A stretch of DNA of 64,000 bases from an uncultured Gemmatimonadales bacterium (GTDB taxonomy: Bacteria > Gemmatimonadota > Gemmatimonadetes > Longimicrobiales > RSA9), in the NCBI GenBank assembly GCA_963708135.1, contig OY970192.1, forward strand, positions 2,400,001 through 2,464,000. The letters are read 5' to 3'. The notes under the pieces were generated by a model that saw only the letters and a list, made by a program, of their open reading frames with translations, searched no databases and was not told the origin of the DNA. Made by a program: the position numbers and the translations under genes. Numbering within the stretch: the stretch's first letter is position 1; every line of letters begins with the position of its first letter. Positions 19,331 through 43,438 of the stretch are shown piece after piece.

Positions 19331-19698
19331 CAGATCACCTCCGGCGCGAGCGAGACGATCTTCATGAACCGCTTCTCGCGCAGCTCGCGGCCGACGGGGC
19401 CGAAAATGCGCGTGGCGCGCGGCTCGCCGGCGTCGTTGATGAGCACGGCCGCGTTGTCGTCGAACCGGATGTAGGAGCCATCCTTGCGGCGAGCCTCCTT
19501 CGCGGTGCGGACGACGACCGCCCGGGCGACCTCGCCCTTCTTGACGGTGCCGTGCGGGATGGCGTCCTTGATGGCGACGATGATGATGTCGCCCACACGC
19601 GCGTAGCGGCGGCCGGAGCCACCGAGGACGCGAATGCAGAGCGCCTCCTTGGCACCCGAGTTGTCCGCGATCTTGAGCCTGGTCTCCTGCTGGATCAT
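19330..19698 (-). CDS. rplN: 50S ribosomal protein L14
   Basis: [17 protein letters not shown]...SLAPEVI. Confidence 0.98.
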   Translation of the reverse strand: MIQQETRLKIADNSGAKEALCIRVLGGSGRRYARVGDIIIVAIKDAIPHGTVKKGEVARAVVVRTAKEARRKDGSYIRFDDNAAVLINDAGEPRATRIFGPVGRELREKRFMKIVSLAPEVI

Positions 19699-19708
19699 TG
19701 TCCGCGCC

Positions 19709-19972
19709 TCACTTCGCCCGCTCGACGATCTCGACGACCCGCCAGCGCTTCAGCTTGGACAGAGGCCGGGTCTCCATGATGCGGACCCTGTCGCCCGCGT
19801 GCGCCTGCCGCTCCTCATCGTGCGCGTAGTACCTCTTGGTGCGCGCGACCTTCTTGCCGTAGAGCCGGTGCGAGACTTGGCGCCCGACCGCGACGACGAC
19901 CGTCTTGTCCATGCGGTCGCTCACCACGGTTCCCACGCGCGTCTTGCGGCTCCCTCTCGTCTCGTCAGCCAT
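19709..19972 (-). CDS. rpsQ: 30S ribosomal protein S17
   Basis: [22 protein letters not shown]. Confidence 0.97.
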   Translation of the reverse strand: MADETRGSRKTRVGTVVSDRMDKTVVVAVGRQVSHRLYGKKVARTKRYYAHDEERQAHAGDRVRIMETRPLSKLKRWRVVEIVERAK

Positions 19973-19980
19973 ATCCGGAC

Positions 19981-20187
19981 TCATTGCTGGGCCTGCTCAG
20001 CGAGCTCGCGCTCGCGCAGGATCGTCTTCATGCGCGCCAGGTCACGGCGCAGCGTCTTGAGCAGCGCCGTATTTTCGAGCTGCTGGGTGGCGCCGCGGAA
20101 CCGGAGCCGGAACAGCTCCTCGTGGATCTCGCCGATGCGGTCGGCGATCTCGCTCTCCGTCAGGTCCCTGATCTCGGCGGCCTTCAC
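19981..20187 (-). CDS. rpmC: 50S ribosomal protein L29
   Basis: GTG start KAAEIRDL...ELFRLRF...RRDLARMKT. Confidence 0.95.
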   Translation of the reverse strand: MKAAEIRDLTESEIADRIGEIHEELFRLRFRGATQQLENTALLKTLRRDLARMKTILRERELAEQAQQ

Positions 20188-20615
20188 GCGTTGCCTCCCT
20201 CCGCACCGCGCTCGCGCACGATGAACTTCGTCTTGACGGGCAGCTTGGCGGCGGCCAGAGCGAAGGCGCGGCGGGCGATGTCTTCGGGCACGCCCTCGAG
20301 CTCGAACATCATGCGTCCCGGCTTGACCACCGCGACCCACATCTCCGGGCTGCCCTTGCCCTTCCCCATCCGCGTCTCCGCGGGCTTCTTCGTGACCGGC
20401 TTGTCCGGGAAGATGCGAATCCAGACCTTGCCGCCACGCTTGATGTGACGCGTCATGGCGACACGGGCGGCCTCGATCTGCCGGTTGGTGATCCAGCCCG
20501 GCTCCATCGTCTGCAAGCCGTAATCGCCAAAGGAAACGGCGTTGCCCCGCGTGGCCATGCCGCGCGTGCGACCCTTCTGCTGCTTGCGGTACTTGACTCT
20601 CTTCGGCGCCAGCAT
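20184..20615 (-). CDS. rplP: 50S ribosomal protein L16
   Basis: [11 protein letters not shown]...ETRMGKGKG. Confidence 0.98.
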   Translation of the reverse strand: MLAPKRVKYRKQQKGRTRGMATRGNAVSFGDYGLQTMEPGWITNRQIEAARVAMTRHIKRGGKVWIRIFPDKPVTKKPAETRMGKGKGSPEMWVAVVKPGRMMFELEGVPEDIARRAFALAAAKLPVKTKFIVRERGAEGGNA

Positions 20616-20629
20616 GGCTCCTGCCCCTA

Positions 20630-21289
<660 letters not shown>

Positions 21290-21290
21290 G

Positions 21291-21641
21291 TTACTCCTTA
21301 CGATCCACGACGATCACGACATGGCTGGTCGGCCGCCGGATCGGCGCCGCACGGCCCATGGCGGCGGCGCGCCAGCGCTTGAGGCGCGGGCCTTCGTTGA
21401 CGAAGGCTTCCCTGACGACGAGGTCGTCAACGTCCACGAACTCGCCCGCGTCCTCCGCCTTGGCCCGCGCGTTGGCGACGGCCGAGCGCAGCGTCTTGTC
21501 GATCTGCACCGCAGCCCGCTTCTTCGAGAACTGGAGCAGCGCGTACGCCTCGCCCACGCCGCGACCCCGGATGAGGTCCGCGACGAGCCGCATCTTGCGC
21601 GGGCTCTGCCGGATATGCCTGGACTCTGCCCGAGCTTTCAT
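21291..21641 (-). CDS. rplV: 50S ribosomal protein L22
   Basis: [20 protein letters not shown]. Confidence 0.98.
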   Translation of the reverse strand: MKARAESRHIRQSPRKMRLVADLIRGRGVGEAYALLQFSKKRAAVQIDKTLRSAVANARAKAEDAGEFVDVDDLVVREAFVNEGPRLKRWRAAAMGRAAPIRRPTSHVVIVVDRKE

Positions 21642-21642
21642 C

Positions 21643-21930
21643 TCACCTCGCCCTGGATCGCTTGTCCGCCAGCTTGCCGCCGTGCCCGCGGAAGAGCCGC
21701 GTGGGCGAGAACTCGCCCAGCTTGTGGCCGACCATGTTCTCCGTGACGTAGACGGGAATGAACTTGTTCCCGTTGTGCACGGCGAGGGTGTGGCCGACGA
21801 AGTCCGGGGAGATCATCGACGCCCTCGACCAGGTCTTCACGACCCGCCTCTCGTTCCTCGAGTTCATCTGCTGGATCTTGCCCAGCAGCTTCGGCTCGAT
21901 GTGCGGCCCCTTCTTGATCGATCTCGACAT
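21643..21930 (-). CDS. rpsS: 30S ribosomal protein S19
   Basis: [18 protein letters not shown]. Confidence 0.98.
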   Translation of the reverse strand: MSRSIKKGPHIEPKLLGKIQQMNSRNERRVVKTWSRASMISPDFVGHTLAVHNGNKFIPVYVTENMVGHKLGEFSPTRLFRGHGGKLADKRSRAR

Positions 21931-21946
21931 GGCTCGGTCGTATCCC

Positions 21947-22786
21947 TCAGCTCGTGGCCTTGCCGCGCTTACGGCCGCGGACGATGTGCTGGTTCGACTT
22001 CTTCTTGTGGTCGCGCGTCTTCCTGCCCTCGGGCTTGCCCCAGGGCGAGACGGGCGGCCGGCCGCCCGACGTCCGACCCTCGCCGCCGCCCAGCGGGTGG
22101 TCCACGGGATTCATGGCGACGCCGCGCACCTTGGGCCGGCGGCCGCGCCAGCGGCTCGCGCCCGCCTTGCCGATGGTCTGCAGGTTGTGATCGCCGTTGC
22201 CGACCTGGCCGATCGTGGCGAAGCAGGTCCGGTGGATCATGCGGACCTCCGTCGAGGGCATCCGCAGCGTCACGTAGTCGCCCTCCTTGGCCATCACCTG
22301 GGCGCCGGCGCCGGCGGTGCGGACGAGCTGTGCCCCCTTGCCGCGCTTCATCTCCAGGTTGTGGACCACCGTGCCCAGGGGGATCTCCGCCAGGGGCAGG
22401 GCGTTGCCCACCCGGATGTCGGAGCCGGGCCCGCTCACCACCGTTTCCCCCGGGGCGAGCCCCTTGGGGTGCAGGATGTAGCGCTTGTCGCCGTCCGCGT
22501 AGTGGACGAGCGCGATGTTGGCGCTGCGGTTCGGGTCGTACTCGATCTCGGCGATCCTGCCCGGCACGCCGATCTTGTCGCGCTTGAAGTCGATCTTGCG
22601 GTAAACGCGCTTCGCGCCACCGCCGCGCCGGCGCGAGGTGATCCGGCCGTGGTGATTGCGGCCGCCGGACTTCTTGAGCGGCTCGGTCAGCGACTTCTCC
22701 GGTCCCCGTCGCGTCACGACGTCGTGCTCGACGACGGCCCGGAAGCGGCTGGACGCGGTGACAGGCTTGAACTTCTTGATCGGCAT
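21947..22786 (-). CDS. rplB: 50S ribosomal protein L2
   Basis: [26 protein letters not shown]. Confidence 0.98.
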   Translation of the reverse strand: MPIKKFKPVTASSRFRAVVEHDVVTRRGPEKSLTEPLKKSGGRNHHGRITSRRRGGGAKRVYRKIDFKRDKIGVPGRIAEIEYDPNRSANIALVHYADGDKRYILHPKGLAPGETVVSGPGSDIRVGNALPLAEIPLGTVVHNLEMKRGKGAQLVRTAGAGAQVMAKEGDYVTLRMPSTEVRMIHRTCFATIGQVGNGDHNLQTIGKAGASRWRGRRPKVRGVAMNPVDHPLGGGEGRTSGGRPPVSPWGKPEGRKTRDHKKKSNQHIVRGRKRGKATS

Positions 22787-22790
22787 CGGA

Positions 22791-23081
22791 CTAGATCCCC
22801 TCGTAGACGTCGATGCGCTCGCCCGGGGCGAGCTTGACGATCGCCTTCTTGTAGCCGGGCCGGCGGCCGATGCTGCGGCCGACGCGGCGCAGCTTGCCGC
22901 GGTAGTTCATGGTCCGCACGTCGGCGACGCGCACGGCGAACAGCCGCTCGACGGCGTTACGGATCTCGATCTTGTTGGACTCGGGCGCGACGATGAAGGC
23001 GTACGCGCCCTCATTCTCGCCCATGTCCGTGGACCGCTCCGTGACGACGGGGCGGATCAGGACCTCGCGCGGGCTACGCAT
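22791..23081 (-). CDS. rplW: 50S ribosomal protein L23
   Basis: [25 protein letters not shown]. Confidence 0.96.
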   Translation of the reverse strand: MRSPREVLIRPVVTERSTDMGENEGAYAFIVAPESNKIEIRNAVERLFAVRVADVRTMNYRGKLRRVGRSIGRRPGYKKAIVKLAPGERIDVYEGI

Positions 23082-23706
23082 GGGCCACCTCCCCGGCGCG
23101 CTCGAGCGCGGGCTCCTCGATGATGAGCGTGTCGGCCCAGAGCACGTCATACGCGGACTCGGTGCCGAAGGCCTGCACCTGGACGCCCGAAAGGTTACGG
23201 GCGGAGCGGTAGACGAGCGGCTTGTGGCCGTCGGTCAGGATCAGCACGTTGCCGCTCGTGCCGGCGGCGGCCAGGAGCTGCGTGATGCGGCGCGTCTTCG
23301 GCGCATCGAAGTCGAGGGCATCCACAACCAGCACCGCTCCGTCCTGGGCCCGCGCGTTGTAGGCGGAGCGCCGCGCGAGCCAGCGCACCTTCCGCGGCAC
23401 GGCCTCGTGGAAGTTCCGGTTCGCCCGCGGGCCGAAGACGTTACCGCCTCCGCGCCAGTGCGGCGCACGCGTGGAGCCCACGCGCGCCCGGCCGGTGCCC
23501 TTCTGGCGCCATGGCTTGCTGTTGCCGCCGGACACGTAGCGGCGGGTCTTCGTGGCCGCCGTCGCCTGGCGCTGGTTGGCCAGGTAGGCCTTCACGGTCT
23601 GCCACATGGCGGCCTCGTGGATCGTGCCGTCGAAGAGCGTGTCCGGAAGCTCCGTCTCGGCCGACTTCTTCTCGCCCTCGGCCGTAAAGGCGGCTGCCTT
23701 GAACAT
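23074..23706 (-). CDS. rplD: 50S ribosomal protein L4
   Basis: [15 protein letters not shown]. Confidence 0.97.
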   Translation of the reverse strand: MFKAAAFTAEGEKKSAETELPDTLFDGTIHEAAMWQTVKAYLANQRQATAATKTRRYVSGGNSKPWRQKGTGRARVGSTRAPHWRGGGNVFGPRANRNFHEAVPRKVRWLARRSAYNARAQDGAVLVVDALDFDAPKTRRITQLLAAAGTSGNVLILTDGHKPLVYRSARNLSGVQVQAFGTESAYDVLWADTLIIEEPALERAGEVAHA

Positions 23707-23732
23707 CGTCGAATCTCCCGCGCCCGCCACGA

Positions 23733-24353
23733 TTATACCTTCCTCAGGAACACGAGGCTGTTGCGCGCCCCCGGGACCGCGCCACGGACGAAGATCAGGT
23801 TGCGCCCGGCGTCCACACGCTCCACGCGCACGTTGCGCAGCGTGTGCTGCTGTCCGCCCATCTGCCCCGGCATCTTCTTGCCCTTGATCACGCGTGACGG
23901 GTTCGTGCCAGGACCGAGAGAGCCGACGTTGCGCGCCTTCGGGTGCCCATGGGAGCCGGGGCGTCCGCGGAAGCCGTGGCGCTTCATGGCGCCCTGGAAG
24001 CCGCGGCCCTTCGTCGTGCCGACCACCTTGATTCGCTGGCCGGCCTCGAACTGCTCGACCGTCAGCTGCTGGCCCGGCTCGAAGCCCTCGGGCTCGGCGA
24101 CGCGGAACTCGTGCAGCGTACGCGGCGCGTACTCCAGCCCGGCACGGGCGGCGTGGCCGCGCTCGGCGCGCGTGCTGCGGCGCTCCTTGCGGGCGCCCCA
24201 GCCGAGCTGGATGGCCGTATAGCCGTCCGTCTCCGCGGTCTTGACCTGCGTCACGGGGCAGGGGCCGGCCTCGATCACGGTGACCGGCACGGCGCTGCCA
24301 TCCTCTTTGAAGATCTGGGTCATCCCCAGCTTGCGTCCGATGAGTGCCGACAT
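23733..24353 (-). CDS. rplC: 50S ribosomal protein L3
   Basis: GRKLGMTQIF, KGRGFQG, KGKKMPG. Confidence 0.97.
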   Translation of the reverse strand: MSALIGRKLGMTQIFKEDGSAVPVTVIEAGPCPVTQVKTAETDGYTAIQLGWGARKERRSTRAERGHAARAGLEYAPRTLHEFRVAEPEGFEPGQQLTVEQFEAGQRIKVVGTTKGRGFQGAMKRHGFRGRPGSHGHPKARNVGSLGPGTNPSRVIKGKKMPGQMGGQQHTLRNVRVERVDAGRNLIFVRGAVPGARNSLVFLRKV

Positions 24354-24357
24354 CGCC

Positions 24358-24666
24358 CTAGTCCACCTTGATCTCGACGTCCACACCGGCCGGCAGATCC
24401 AGCTTGGTGAGCGCGTCGATCGTCTGGGGCCGCGAGTCGATGATGTCGATGACCCGCTTATGGGTCTTCAGCTCGAACTGCTCGCGGCTCTTCTTGTCCA
24501 CGTGGGGCGAGCGCAGCACGGTCCAACGCTGGATCCGCGTCGGTAGCGGGATCGGGCCGCTGACGCGCGCACCGCTCTTCTCCGCCGTGCGGACGATGTC
24601 CGAGGCGGTCTGGTCGATGACGGCGTGGTCGAACGCCTTGAGCCGGATCCTGATCTTGCCAGCCAT
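24358..24666 (-). CDS. rpsJ: 30S ribosomal protein S10
   Basis: [24 protein letters not shown]. Confidence 0.98.
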   Translation of the reverse strand: MAGKIRIRLKAFDHAVIDQTASDIVRTAEKSGARVSGPIPLPTRIQRWTVLRSPHVDKKSREQFELKTHKRVIDIIDSRPQTIDALTKLDLPAGVDVEIKVD

Positions 24667-24693
24667 AGTCTCTTTTCTCTCGCGCGTGCCGCG

Positions 24694-25887
<1,194 letters not shown>

Positions 25888-25899
25888 GATCTCTTCTCC

Positions 25900-27997
<2,098 letters not shown>

Positions 27998-28014
27998 ACC
28001 CGAACTCTATTCCC

Positions 28015-28485
28015 CTACCACCGGTAGTGAGCGAAGGCCTTGTTGGCCTCGGCCATGCGGTGGGTGTCTTCCTTGCGCTTGATGGCGCTGCCCTCGTTGC
28101 GGCTGGCGGCCATGAGCTCCGCGGCCAGACGCTCGGCCATGGACTTCTCCCCACGCCCGCGCGAAAAGCTGACGAGCCACTTCATGGCCAGCGCGTTGCG
28201 CCGCTCCGGCCGCACCTCGACCGGCACCTGGTAGGTCGCACCGCCGACGCGGCGGCTCTTGACCTCGAGCACGGGCTTGACGTTGTTCACCGCCTGCTTG
28301 AACACGTTCATCGCCGGCTGCCCGGTCTTCTCCTCGATGATGCGCATGGCCTCGTAGAAGATTCCCTCAGCCGTCGACTTCTTGCCGGCCAGCATCAGGT
28401 TGTTGACGAACTTGCTCACCGTCGTGGACCCGTACTGCGGGTCCGGCGGGACCTCGCGCTTGACCGCTCGCTGGCGTCTGCTCAT
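28015..28485 (-). CDS. rpsG: 30S ribosomal protein S7
   Basis: MSRRQR...[11 protein letters not shown]...[10 protein letters not shown]. Confidence 0.98.
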   Translation of the reverse strand: MSRRQRAVKREVPPDPQYGSTTVSKFVNNLMLAGKKSTAEGIFYEAMRIIEEKTGQPAMNVFKQAVNNVKPVLEVKSRRVGGATYQVPVEVRPERRNALAMKWLVSFSRGRGEKSMAERLAAELMAASRNEGSAIKRKEDTHRMAEANKAFAHYRW

Positions 28486-28487
28486 GG

Positions 28488-28859
<372 letters not shown>

Positions 28860-28897
28860 GCGTCCTAGAGCCTCTCGGATCTGCGTGTTGCCGGGCG

Positions 28898-28925
28898 AAA
28901 AAACGCGGGGACTCAGGCCCCCGCA
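28898..28925 (-). terminator. Intrinsic terminator-like hairpin within rpsL leader
   Basis: GCGGGGGC-CUGA-GUCCCCGC-G-UUUUUU. Confidence 0.7.
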
Positions 28926-28960
28926 GCGGCCGCTGCAAAAAGTGGCCGGACAGACTTGGA

Positions 28961-28989
28961 AATGTAAAGGCCGCCCCTCGAAGTGTCAA
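28961..28989 (-). promoter_or_regulatory. Sigma70 promoter of str operon
   Basis: TTGACA-17 nt-TACATT. Confidence 0.8.
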
Positions 28990-29076
28990 GGAGCGGCGCT
29001 TCACGATTCGGGTGGGCCCGCGGCGCCGTAGGCGCCTGCAGGAGCAGGCGGATGCGGGCGCCGGGGCGGGCGCGGG

Positions 29077-33427
<4,351 letters not shown>

Positions 33428-33436
33428 ATTGGTGTC

Positions 33437-37613
<4,177 letters not shown>

Positions 37614-37710
37614 GGTGGCTCTCCCTCCTCAGGCCCTCGGGGCGGCAAAGAGTGCGCGGCGCGCCGTGGCGGCGCCGCACGAAGCGGCGCGCATGCGGCC
37701 CGTTCGGGTC

Positions 37711-37763
37711 AACAAGCGCACAAACCCCCCGAACCGCCGACGGGGGCGGGGGGATCGGTGCGC
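37711..37763 (-). promoter_or_regulatory. Possible attenuator hairpin in rplL-rpoB intergenic region
   Basis: GCGCAC..CCCCC/GGGGG..GUGCGC followed by UUGUU; a second perfect 12-bp hairpin at 37844..37870. Confidence 0.45.
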
Positions 37764-37888
37764 ACCGGATCTCGTGAAATTTGGTCTCGCTCGCGCGGAG
37801 CATGGGCACCCTTCGTCAGCTGTTTCACTCGGCCAGCGGGACGTCCGTCCCGGCCGGCGGCCGGGACGGAACGCGCACGCGGGGCGAG

Positions 37889-38257
37889 CTACTTCAGCTC
37901 GACGTCGGCGCCCTGCTCCTCGAGCTTGGCCTTGACCTGCTCGGCCTCATCCTTGGAAACGGCCTCCTTGACGGCCCTGGGCGGGTTGTCCACCAGGTCC
38001 TTGGCCTCCTTGAGGCCGAGGCTGGTGACCTCGCGGACGACCTTGATGACCTGGATCTTCTTGGGTCCAGCGCCCTTGAGGATGACGTCGAACTCCGTCT
38101 GCTCCTCGACGGCCGGCGCGGCGGCCGGCGCGGCGGGGGCGGCGGCGGCGACGGCGGCCGTGACGTTGAACTTCTCCTTGAAGGCCTCGACGAAGTCCGC
38201 CAGCTCGAGGACGGTCATGTTGCCGATGGCGTCGAGCAGCTCTTCCTTGTTAGCCAT
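37889..38257 (-). CDS. rplL: 50S ribosomal protein L7/L12
   Basis: [26 protein letters not shown]. Confidence 0.98.
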   Translation of the reverse strand: MANKEELLDAIGNMTVLELADFVEAFKEKFNVTAAVAAAAPAAPAAAPAVEEQTEFDVILKGAGPKKIQVIKVVREVTSLGLKEAKDLVDNPPRAVKEAVSKDEAEQVKAKLEEQGADVELK

Positions 38258-38291
38258 GTCGCGTCTTCCTGTGATACGGATGAAGGTGGAT

Positions 38292-38813
38292 TCAGCCTTG
38301 CTCTCGCTCGGCACGCAGCGCCTCGAGCAGACCGGAGAACTCGCTCAGCTTCCCCTGCAGGACGAAGAGCATCTGGGCCAGCGGCGCCTGGAGGGCGCCG
38401 GCCAGCTGGGCCAGGAGCTGCTCGCGGGGCGGCAGCTTGGCCAGACGCCCGATCTCCTCGGGCGTAACCGCGCGGTGCTCGACGACGCCGGCCTTGAAGG
38501 CGGGGCGGTTGTCGTGCGCCCGGGCGAACTCGTCCAGGACCTTCGCGGCGGCGACGGGATCGGCGGTAAAGGCAACCGCCGTGGGCCCGACGAAGAACTC
38601 CGCGACGTCGGGCAGCTCGAGCTGCGTGAGCGCCCGCTTGACGAGGGTGTTCTTGACCACGAGGTACTCGACGCCGGCGTTGCGCAGCCGGGCGCGCAGC
38701 TCGGTGGCGTTCTTGACGTTGAGGCCCGTGAAGTCGGTGAGGTAGAACGCCTCGGCGCCCTTCAGCTTGGACGCCAGCCCATCGACGACGGCCTGCTTCT
38801 CCTGAACGTTCAT
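38292..38813 (-). CDS. rplJ: 50S ribosomal protein L10
   Basis: DFTGLNV, VVKNTL, GPTAVAF, LPPREQL. Confidence 0.97.
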   Translation of the reverse strand: MNVQEKQAVVDGLASKLKGAEAFYLTDFTGLNVKNATELRARLRNAGVEYLVVKNTLVKRALTQLELPDVAEFFVGPTAVAFTADPVAAAKVLDEFARAHDNRPAFKAGVVEHRAVTPEEIGRLAKLPPREQLLAQLAGALQAPLAQMLFVLQGKLSEFSGLLEALRAEREQG

Positions 38814-39520
38814 CGGGCGGCCACCCGGCGGTAGAGGTTCGGATCGATCCGCACGCCCGGCCCCATGGTGCTGGAGACGGTGACGCTGCGGATATAGGTG
38901 CCCTTGGCCGCGGACGGCTTGGCCCGGACGACGTTGTCCATGAAGGCGTCGAGGTTCTCCGCGAGGTCCTCGACGGAGAACGAGACGCGGCCGATCGGCG
39001 CGTGCAGGTTGCCGGTCTTGTCCACGCGGAACTCGATCTTTCCGGCCTTGATCTCGGTGATGGCGCGGCCGACGTCGAAGGTGACGGTGCCGGCCTTGGG
39101 CGACGGCATGAGGCCGCGCGGACCGAGGATACGACCGAGCTGGCCGAACTGCCCCATGACATCGGGGGTCGCGACGGCGACGTCGAAGTCGATCCAGCCG
39201 TCCTTGATCTTCTGGATGTACTCCATGCCGACGAAGTCGGCGCCGGCCTCCTCGGCCTCGCGGACCTTCTCGCCCTGGGCCACGACGAGGACGCGGACGG
39301 CCTTGCCGGTGCCGTGGGGCAGCACGACGGTGCCGCGCACGATCTGGTCGGCGTGGCGCGGATCGACGCCGAGGCGGACGGCGACCTCGACGGTCTCATC
39401 GAACTTCGCGAACGAGGTCTCCTTGACCAGGCGGAGCGCCTCCACCGGCTGGTCGAGCGGATTCTCGCGCGCCGGGACGGCCGTCGCGGCCTTGCGGAAC
39501 TTCTTCCCGTGCGCCGGCAT
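38810..39520 (-). CDS. rplA: 50S ribosomal protein L1
   Basis: [22 protein letters not shown]. Confidence 0.98.
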   Translation of the reverse strand: MPAHGKKFRKAATAVPARENPLDQPVEALRLVKETSFAKFDETVEVAVRLGVDPRHADQIVRGTVVLPHGTGKAVRVLVVAQGEKVREAEEAGADFVGMEYIQKIKDGWIDFDVAVATPDVMGQFGQLGRILGPRGLMPSPKAGTVTFDVGRAITEIKAGKIEFRVDKTGNLHAPIGRVSFSVEDLAENLDAFMDNVVRAKPSAAKGTYIRSVTVSSTMGPGVRIDPNLYRRVAAR

Positions 39521-39945
39521 CAGTCCACCACCGTGTAGCCCATGGAGCGGGCGGTGCCCTCGACCATGCGCATGGCGGACTCGACGCTGCCGGCGTTCAG
39601 GTCCGGCATCTTGAGCTGGGCGATCTCGCGCACCTGCTGGCGCGTCACCGAGGCGACCTTGTCCCGGTTGGGCGCCGCGGAGCCCTTGTCCTTGCCGGCG
39701 GCCTTCTTGAGCAGGACGGCGGCCGGCGGTGTCTTCGTGATGAAGGTGAAGGAGCGGTCCGCGAACACGGTGATCTCGACGGGGATGATCATCCCCGGCT
39801 GACCCTGCGTGCGCGCGTTGAACTGCTTGCAGAACTCCATGATGTTGACGCCGTGCTGACCGAGCGCCGGCCCCACGGGGGGGGCGGGGTTGGCCGCGCC
39901 GGCGGGCACCTGGAGCTTGATGAACCCGACGACCTTCTTCGCCAT
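39520..39945 (-). CDS. rplK: 50S ribosomal protein L11
   Basis: [19 protein letters not shown]. Confidence 0.98.
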   Translation of the reverse strand: MAKKVVGFIKLQVPAGAANPAPPVGPALGQHGVNIMEFCKQFNARTQGQPGMIIPVEITVFADRSFTFITKTPPAAVLLKKAAGKDKGSAAPNRDKVASVTRQQVREIAQLKMPDLNAGSVESAMRMVEGTARSMGYTVVD

Positions 39946-39994
39946 GGAACCTTTCTCATCTACGGTCGGGGCGGCGGCGCGCCGGCTCGACCGC

Positions 39995-40072
39995 GCGGTT
40001 TCAGCGGCCCGGGCGGAGGCGGTTCAGGCGGCGCGGCACGCGTCGCCGTCCTGCCTCCCCGAAGCCTCCCGC
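39995..40072 (-). promoter_or_regulatory. Putative L1-binding leader upstream of rplK
   Basis: GCGG-GA-GGC ... GCC-GCUGAAA-CCGC helix/internal loop. Confidence 0.65.
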
Positions 40073-40623
40073 TAGTATCCCTTGAGCTGGGTATAGTCCA
40101 GCTCGACGGAGGTGGGGCGGCCGAACAGGCTGACCTCCACCTTCACCTTCCCCTTGTCGTGGTAGACTTCCTGGACCGTTCCGGTGAAGTCGCTGAACGG
40201 CCCTTCGGTGACCTCGACGACCTGACCGGCGCGGAACGGGATCTCCTCCCGCGGCTCGAGCTCCTCCTCGACCGGGGCGAGGCCGAGGATCTTGTTGATC
40301 TCGTCCTCGCGCAGCGGCTGGGGCTCCTTGCCGGCGCCCACGAACTTGATGACACCCTGGATGTTGTTGATCACGTGCATGGTGCGCTGATTCGCGATCA
40401 TCTTCACCAGGACGTATCCGGGGTAGAGCCGGCGGGTCACGGTGACCCGCTTACCGTTCTTGATCTCCACGACGTCCTGCGTGGGGACCATGACCTCCTG
40501 GATGCCCTTCTCCTCGGGCGTCTCGCCGGCCTCCTCCGCGATCCGGTGCTCGATGAGCTTCTTGACCTTGTTCTCGTGGCCGGAGTAGGTCTGGATCGCG
40601 TACCAGCGGGCGTCTTCCACCAT
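40072..40623 (-). CDS. nusG: Transcription termination/antitermination factor NusG
   Basis: WYAIQTYSGHENKVK, YPGYVLV, GPFSDF, FGRPTSVEL. Confidence 0.98.
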   Translation of the reverse strand: MVEDARWYAIQTYSGHENKVKKLIEHRIAEEAGETPEEKGIQEVMVPTQDVVEIKNGKRVTVTRRLYPGYVLVKMIANQRTMHVINNIQGVIKFVGAGKEPQPLREDEINKILGLAPVEEELEPREEIPFRAGQVVEVTEGPFSDFTGTVQEVYHDKGKVKVEVSLFGRPTSVELDYTQLKGY

Positions 40624-40626
40624 ACC

Positions 40627-40833
40627 TCAGCGCGTGAACAGGGTAATGACCCCGCCGAGCACGTTGCGGACAGTGACATCCATGAGCCAGATCACGAGCG
40701 AGACGACGAGCGAGAAGAAGATGATGACCGCCGTCACGTTCTTGAGCTGGGGCCAGTCGGGCCACGTGACCTTCTTGACCTCCTCCACCGTCTCCTGGGT
40801 GAAGGACCGTACGCGGGCGAGGGAATTCGCCAT
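40627..40833 (-). CDS. secE: Preprotein translocase SecE
   Basis: EVKKVTWP followed by one TM helix. Confidence 0.95.
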   Translation of the reverse strand: MANSLARVRSFTQETVEEVKKVTWPDWPQLKNVTAVIIFFSLVVSLVIWLMDVTVRNVLGGVITLFTR

Positions 40834-40985
40834 TACTTCGTTTCCTTGTGCAGCGTGTGCACATTGCAGCGCGGGCAGTGCTTCTTCCACTCGACGCGCT
40901 CGGGATGCTTGCGCTTGTTCTTGGTCGTGAAATAGTTGCGCTCCTGGCACTGGGTGCACGCCAGGATGACCTTGTCACGGGGCAC
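40833..40985 (-). CDS. rpmG: 50S ribosomal protein L33
   Basis: Manual translation (GTG) [64 protein letters not shown] overlap with secE. Confidence 0.95.
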   Translation of the reverse strand: MPRDKVILACTQCQERNYFTTKNKRKHPERVEWKKHCPRCNVHTLHKETK

Positions 40986-41233
40986 GTCTCACCTCCGGGC
41001 CGGGAGCCGAACGAATCCGGTGCAGCCTTTATGATATCCCGAAGCGCCGTGCCGGTTCCGCCGGCGCCCGGTGCCGGCGCGCTCCACGCAGGGTGGAGCC
41101 GACCGGCGGGTCGAGTCGATCGAGGTGTCGATCAATGGTTTCGGGGACGACGCGCGCGCCGGCAGTAGCGCCGGGGGTGTCCCGCACGCGCGGCTCCCGA
41201 GTACAAGGCGCGCGCGTGCGACTGCGTGCCGCG

Positions 41234-42427
<1,194 letters not shown>

Positions 42428-42464
42428 GATTCCCCTCGAGAGTGATCGCCGGTCCAGGTTCAGG

Positions 42465-42536
<72 letters not shown>

Positions 42537-42685
42537 CATCGTAGCGCGGCGCGGCCGAAGGAGGCATCCTCCGCCCGCGCCGCGACAGTTCATCTCGGAG
42601 CGACGGGGACCGCGGCGGGCGCTACGGCCGGCGGGGCCCCCGGGGTCCCGGGCGGGCGCGAGGGCCGGCTCCGAGACAGACCGCA

Positions 42686-42714
42686 ATGATATAGGAGGAG
42701 AGGGAGGGAGTCAA
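42686..42714 (-). promoter_or_regulatory. Sigma70 promoter for tRNA-Thr(GGT)-tuf
   Basis: TTGACT-17 nt-TATCAT. Confidence 0.75.
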
Positions 42715-42751
42715 GGGCTGGGACGGCCCGGGACGGCGGGACCGCGGGTCA

Positions 42752-42797
42752 GGGTGGGGGTGGGGGTGCGGGAAACGGTGGGGGTGGGGGTGGGGGT
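42752..42797 (+). repeat. (GGGGGT)n low-complexity G-tract
   Basis: Two runs of GGGGGT hexamers. Confidence 0.6.
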
Positions 42798-42901
42798 GAG
42801 GCGGCGGACGGGAGGGGTGGGAGGGACAGGGGGAGTGGGTTACATTGGCGGGCGGGGCGGGCGGGGGAGCGCCCCAGGGAAACTTCAACGCGGAGTGAAG
42901 A

Positions 42902-43084
42902 ATGCTGGAGTTCAAGGAGAATCAGTGGGGGACGGGGTACACGGTGCTGAAGGACGGGGAGCGGGTGGCGTCGGTGATCCCGCAGGGGGACAAGGTGGGG
43001 TACACGGTGTTCAACACGCCGGACATGGGGACGAAGGGGTCGATCGAGGACGTGAAGTCGCACCTGGAGAAGGTGCTCGGCTGA
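42902..43084 (+). CDS. Small hypothetical protein (60 aa)
   Basis: GGAG RBS, GC-ending codons, globular composition, hairpin GGCTCC-GGC-GGAGCC right after stop. Confidence 0.75.
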   Translation: MLEFKENQWGTGYTVLKDGERVASVIPQGDKVGYTVFNTPDMGTKGSIEDVKSHLEKVLG

Positions 43085-43304
43085 GGCTCCGGCGGAGCCG
43101 AACGGAACGCGCCCGGCCGCGAGAGAACGCGGTGCGGGCGCGTTCCGCATTCGGGGGGCCGGCTCCGGGTCCGCGCGGGGTGCTTCCGGCCGCATCCGGG
43201 GGATCCCCGGTCCCCGGAGCCTGCGCCGGGAGATCCCGAGCAGTGGGGGCCGCACGGATCGGCCGGCCCGCGTGGGGCGGGGCGGCCGATCGGGGGTGGG
43301 GGAG

Positions 43305-43377
43305 AGCGGGCGACCGGGCTCGAACCGGCGACCCCGAACTTGGAAGGCTCGTGCTCTACCAACTGAGCTACGCCCGC
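43305..43377 (-). tRNA. tRNA-Gly(TCC)
   Basis: GCGGGCGTAGCTCAGTTGGTAGAGC, CGAGC-CTTCCAA-GTTCG, GGTTCGAGCC; CCA not encoded. Confidence 0.95.
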
Positions 43378-43409
43378 GAAAGCGGCCGGAGCGGGCCGGC
43401 CGGGGAGGA

Positions 43410-43438
43410 AAGATAGCGCTGGAGGCGCTGGGTCTCAA
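43410..43438 (-). promoter_or_regulatory. Sigma70 promoter for tRNA-Gly
   Basis: TTGAGA-17 nt-TATCTT. Confidence 0.65.

Noticed and set aside
37805..37835. CUGACGA and GAAAC resembling a hammerhead core in rpoB leader
   Set aside because: Elements are only 2 nt apart in an order that cannot form stems II/III
43085..43300. Multi-hairpin region between small ORF and tRNA-Gly as an ncRNA
   Set aside because: Explained by termination between convergent units and very high GC; no promoter or motif recognised
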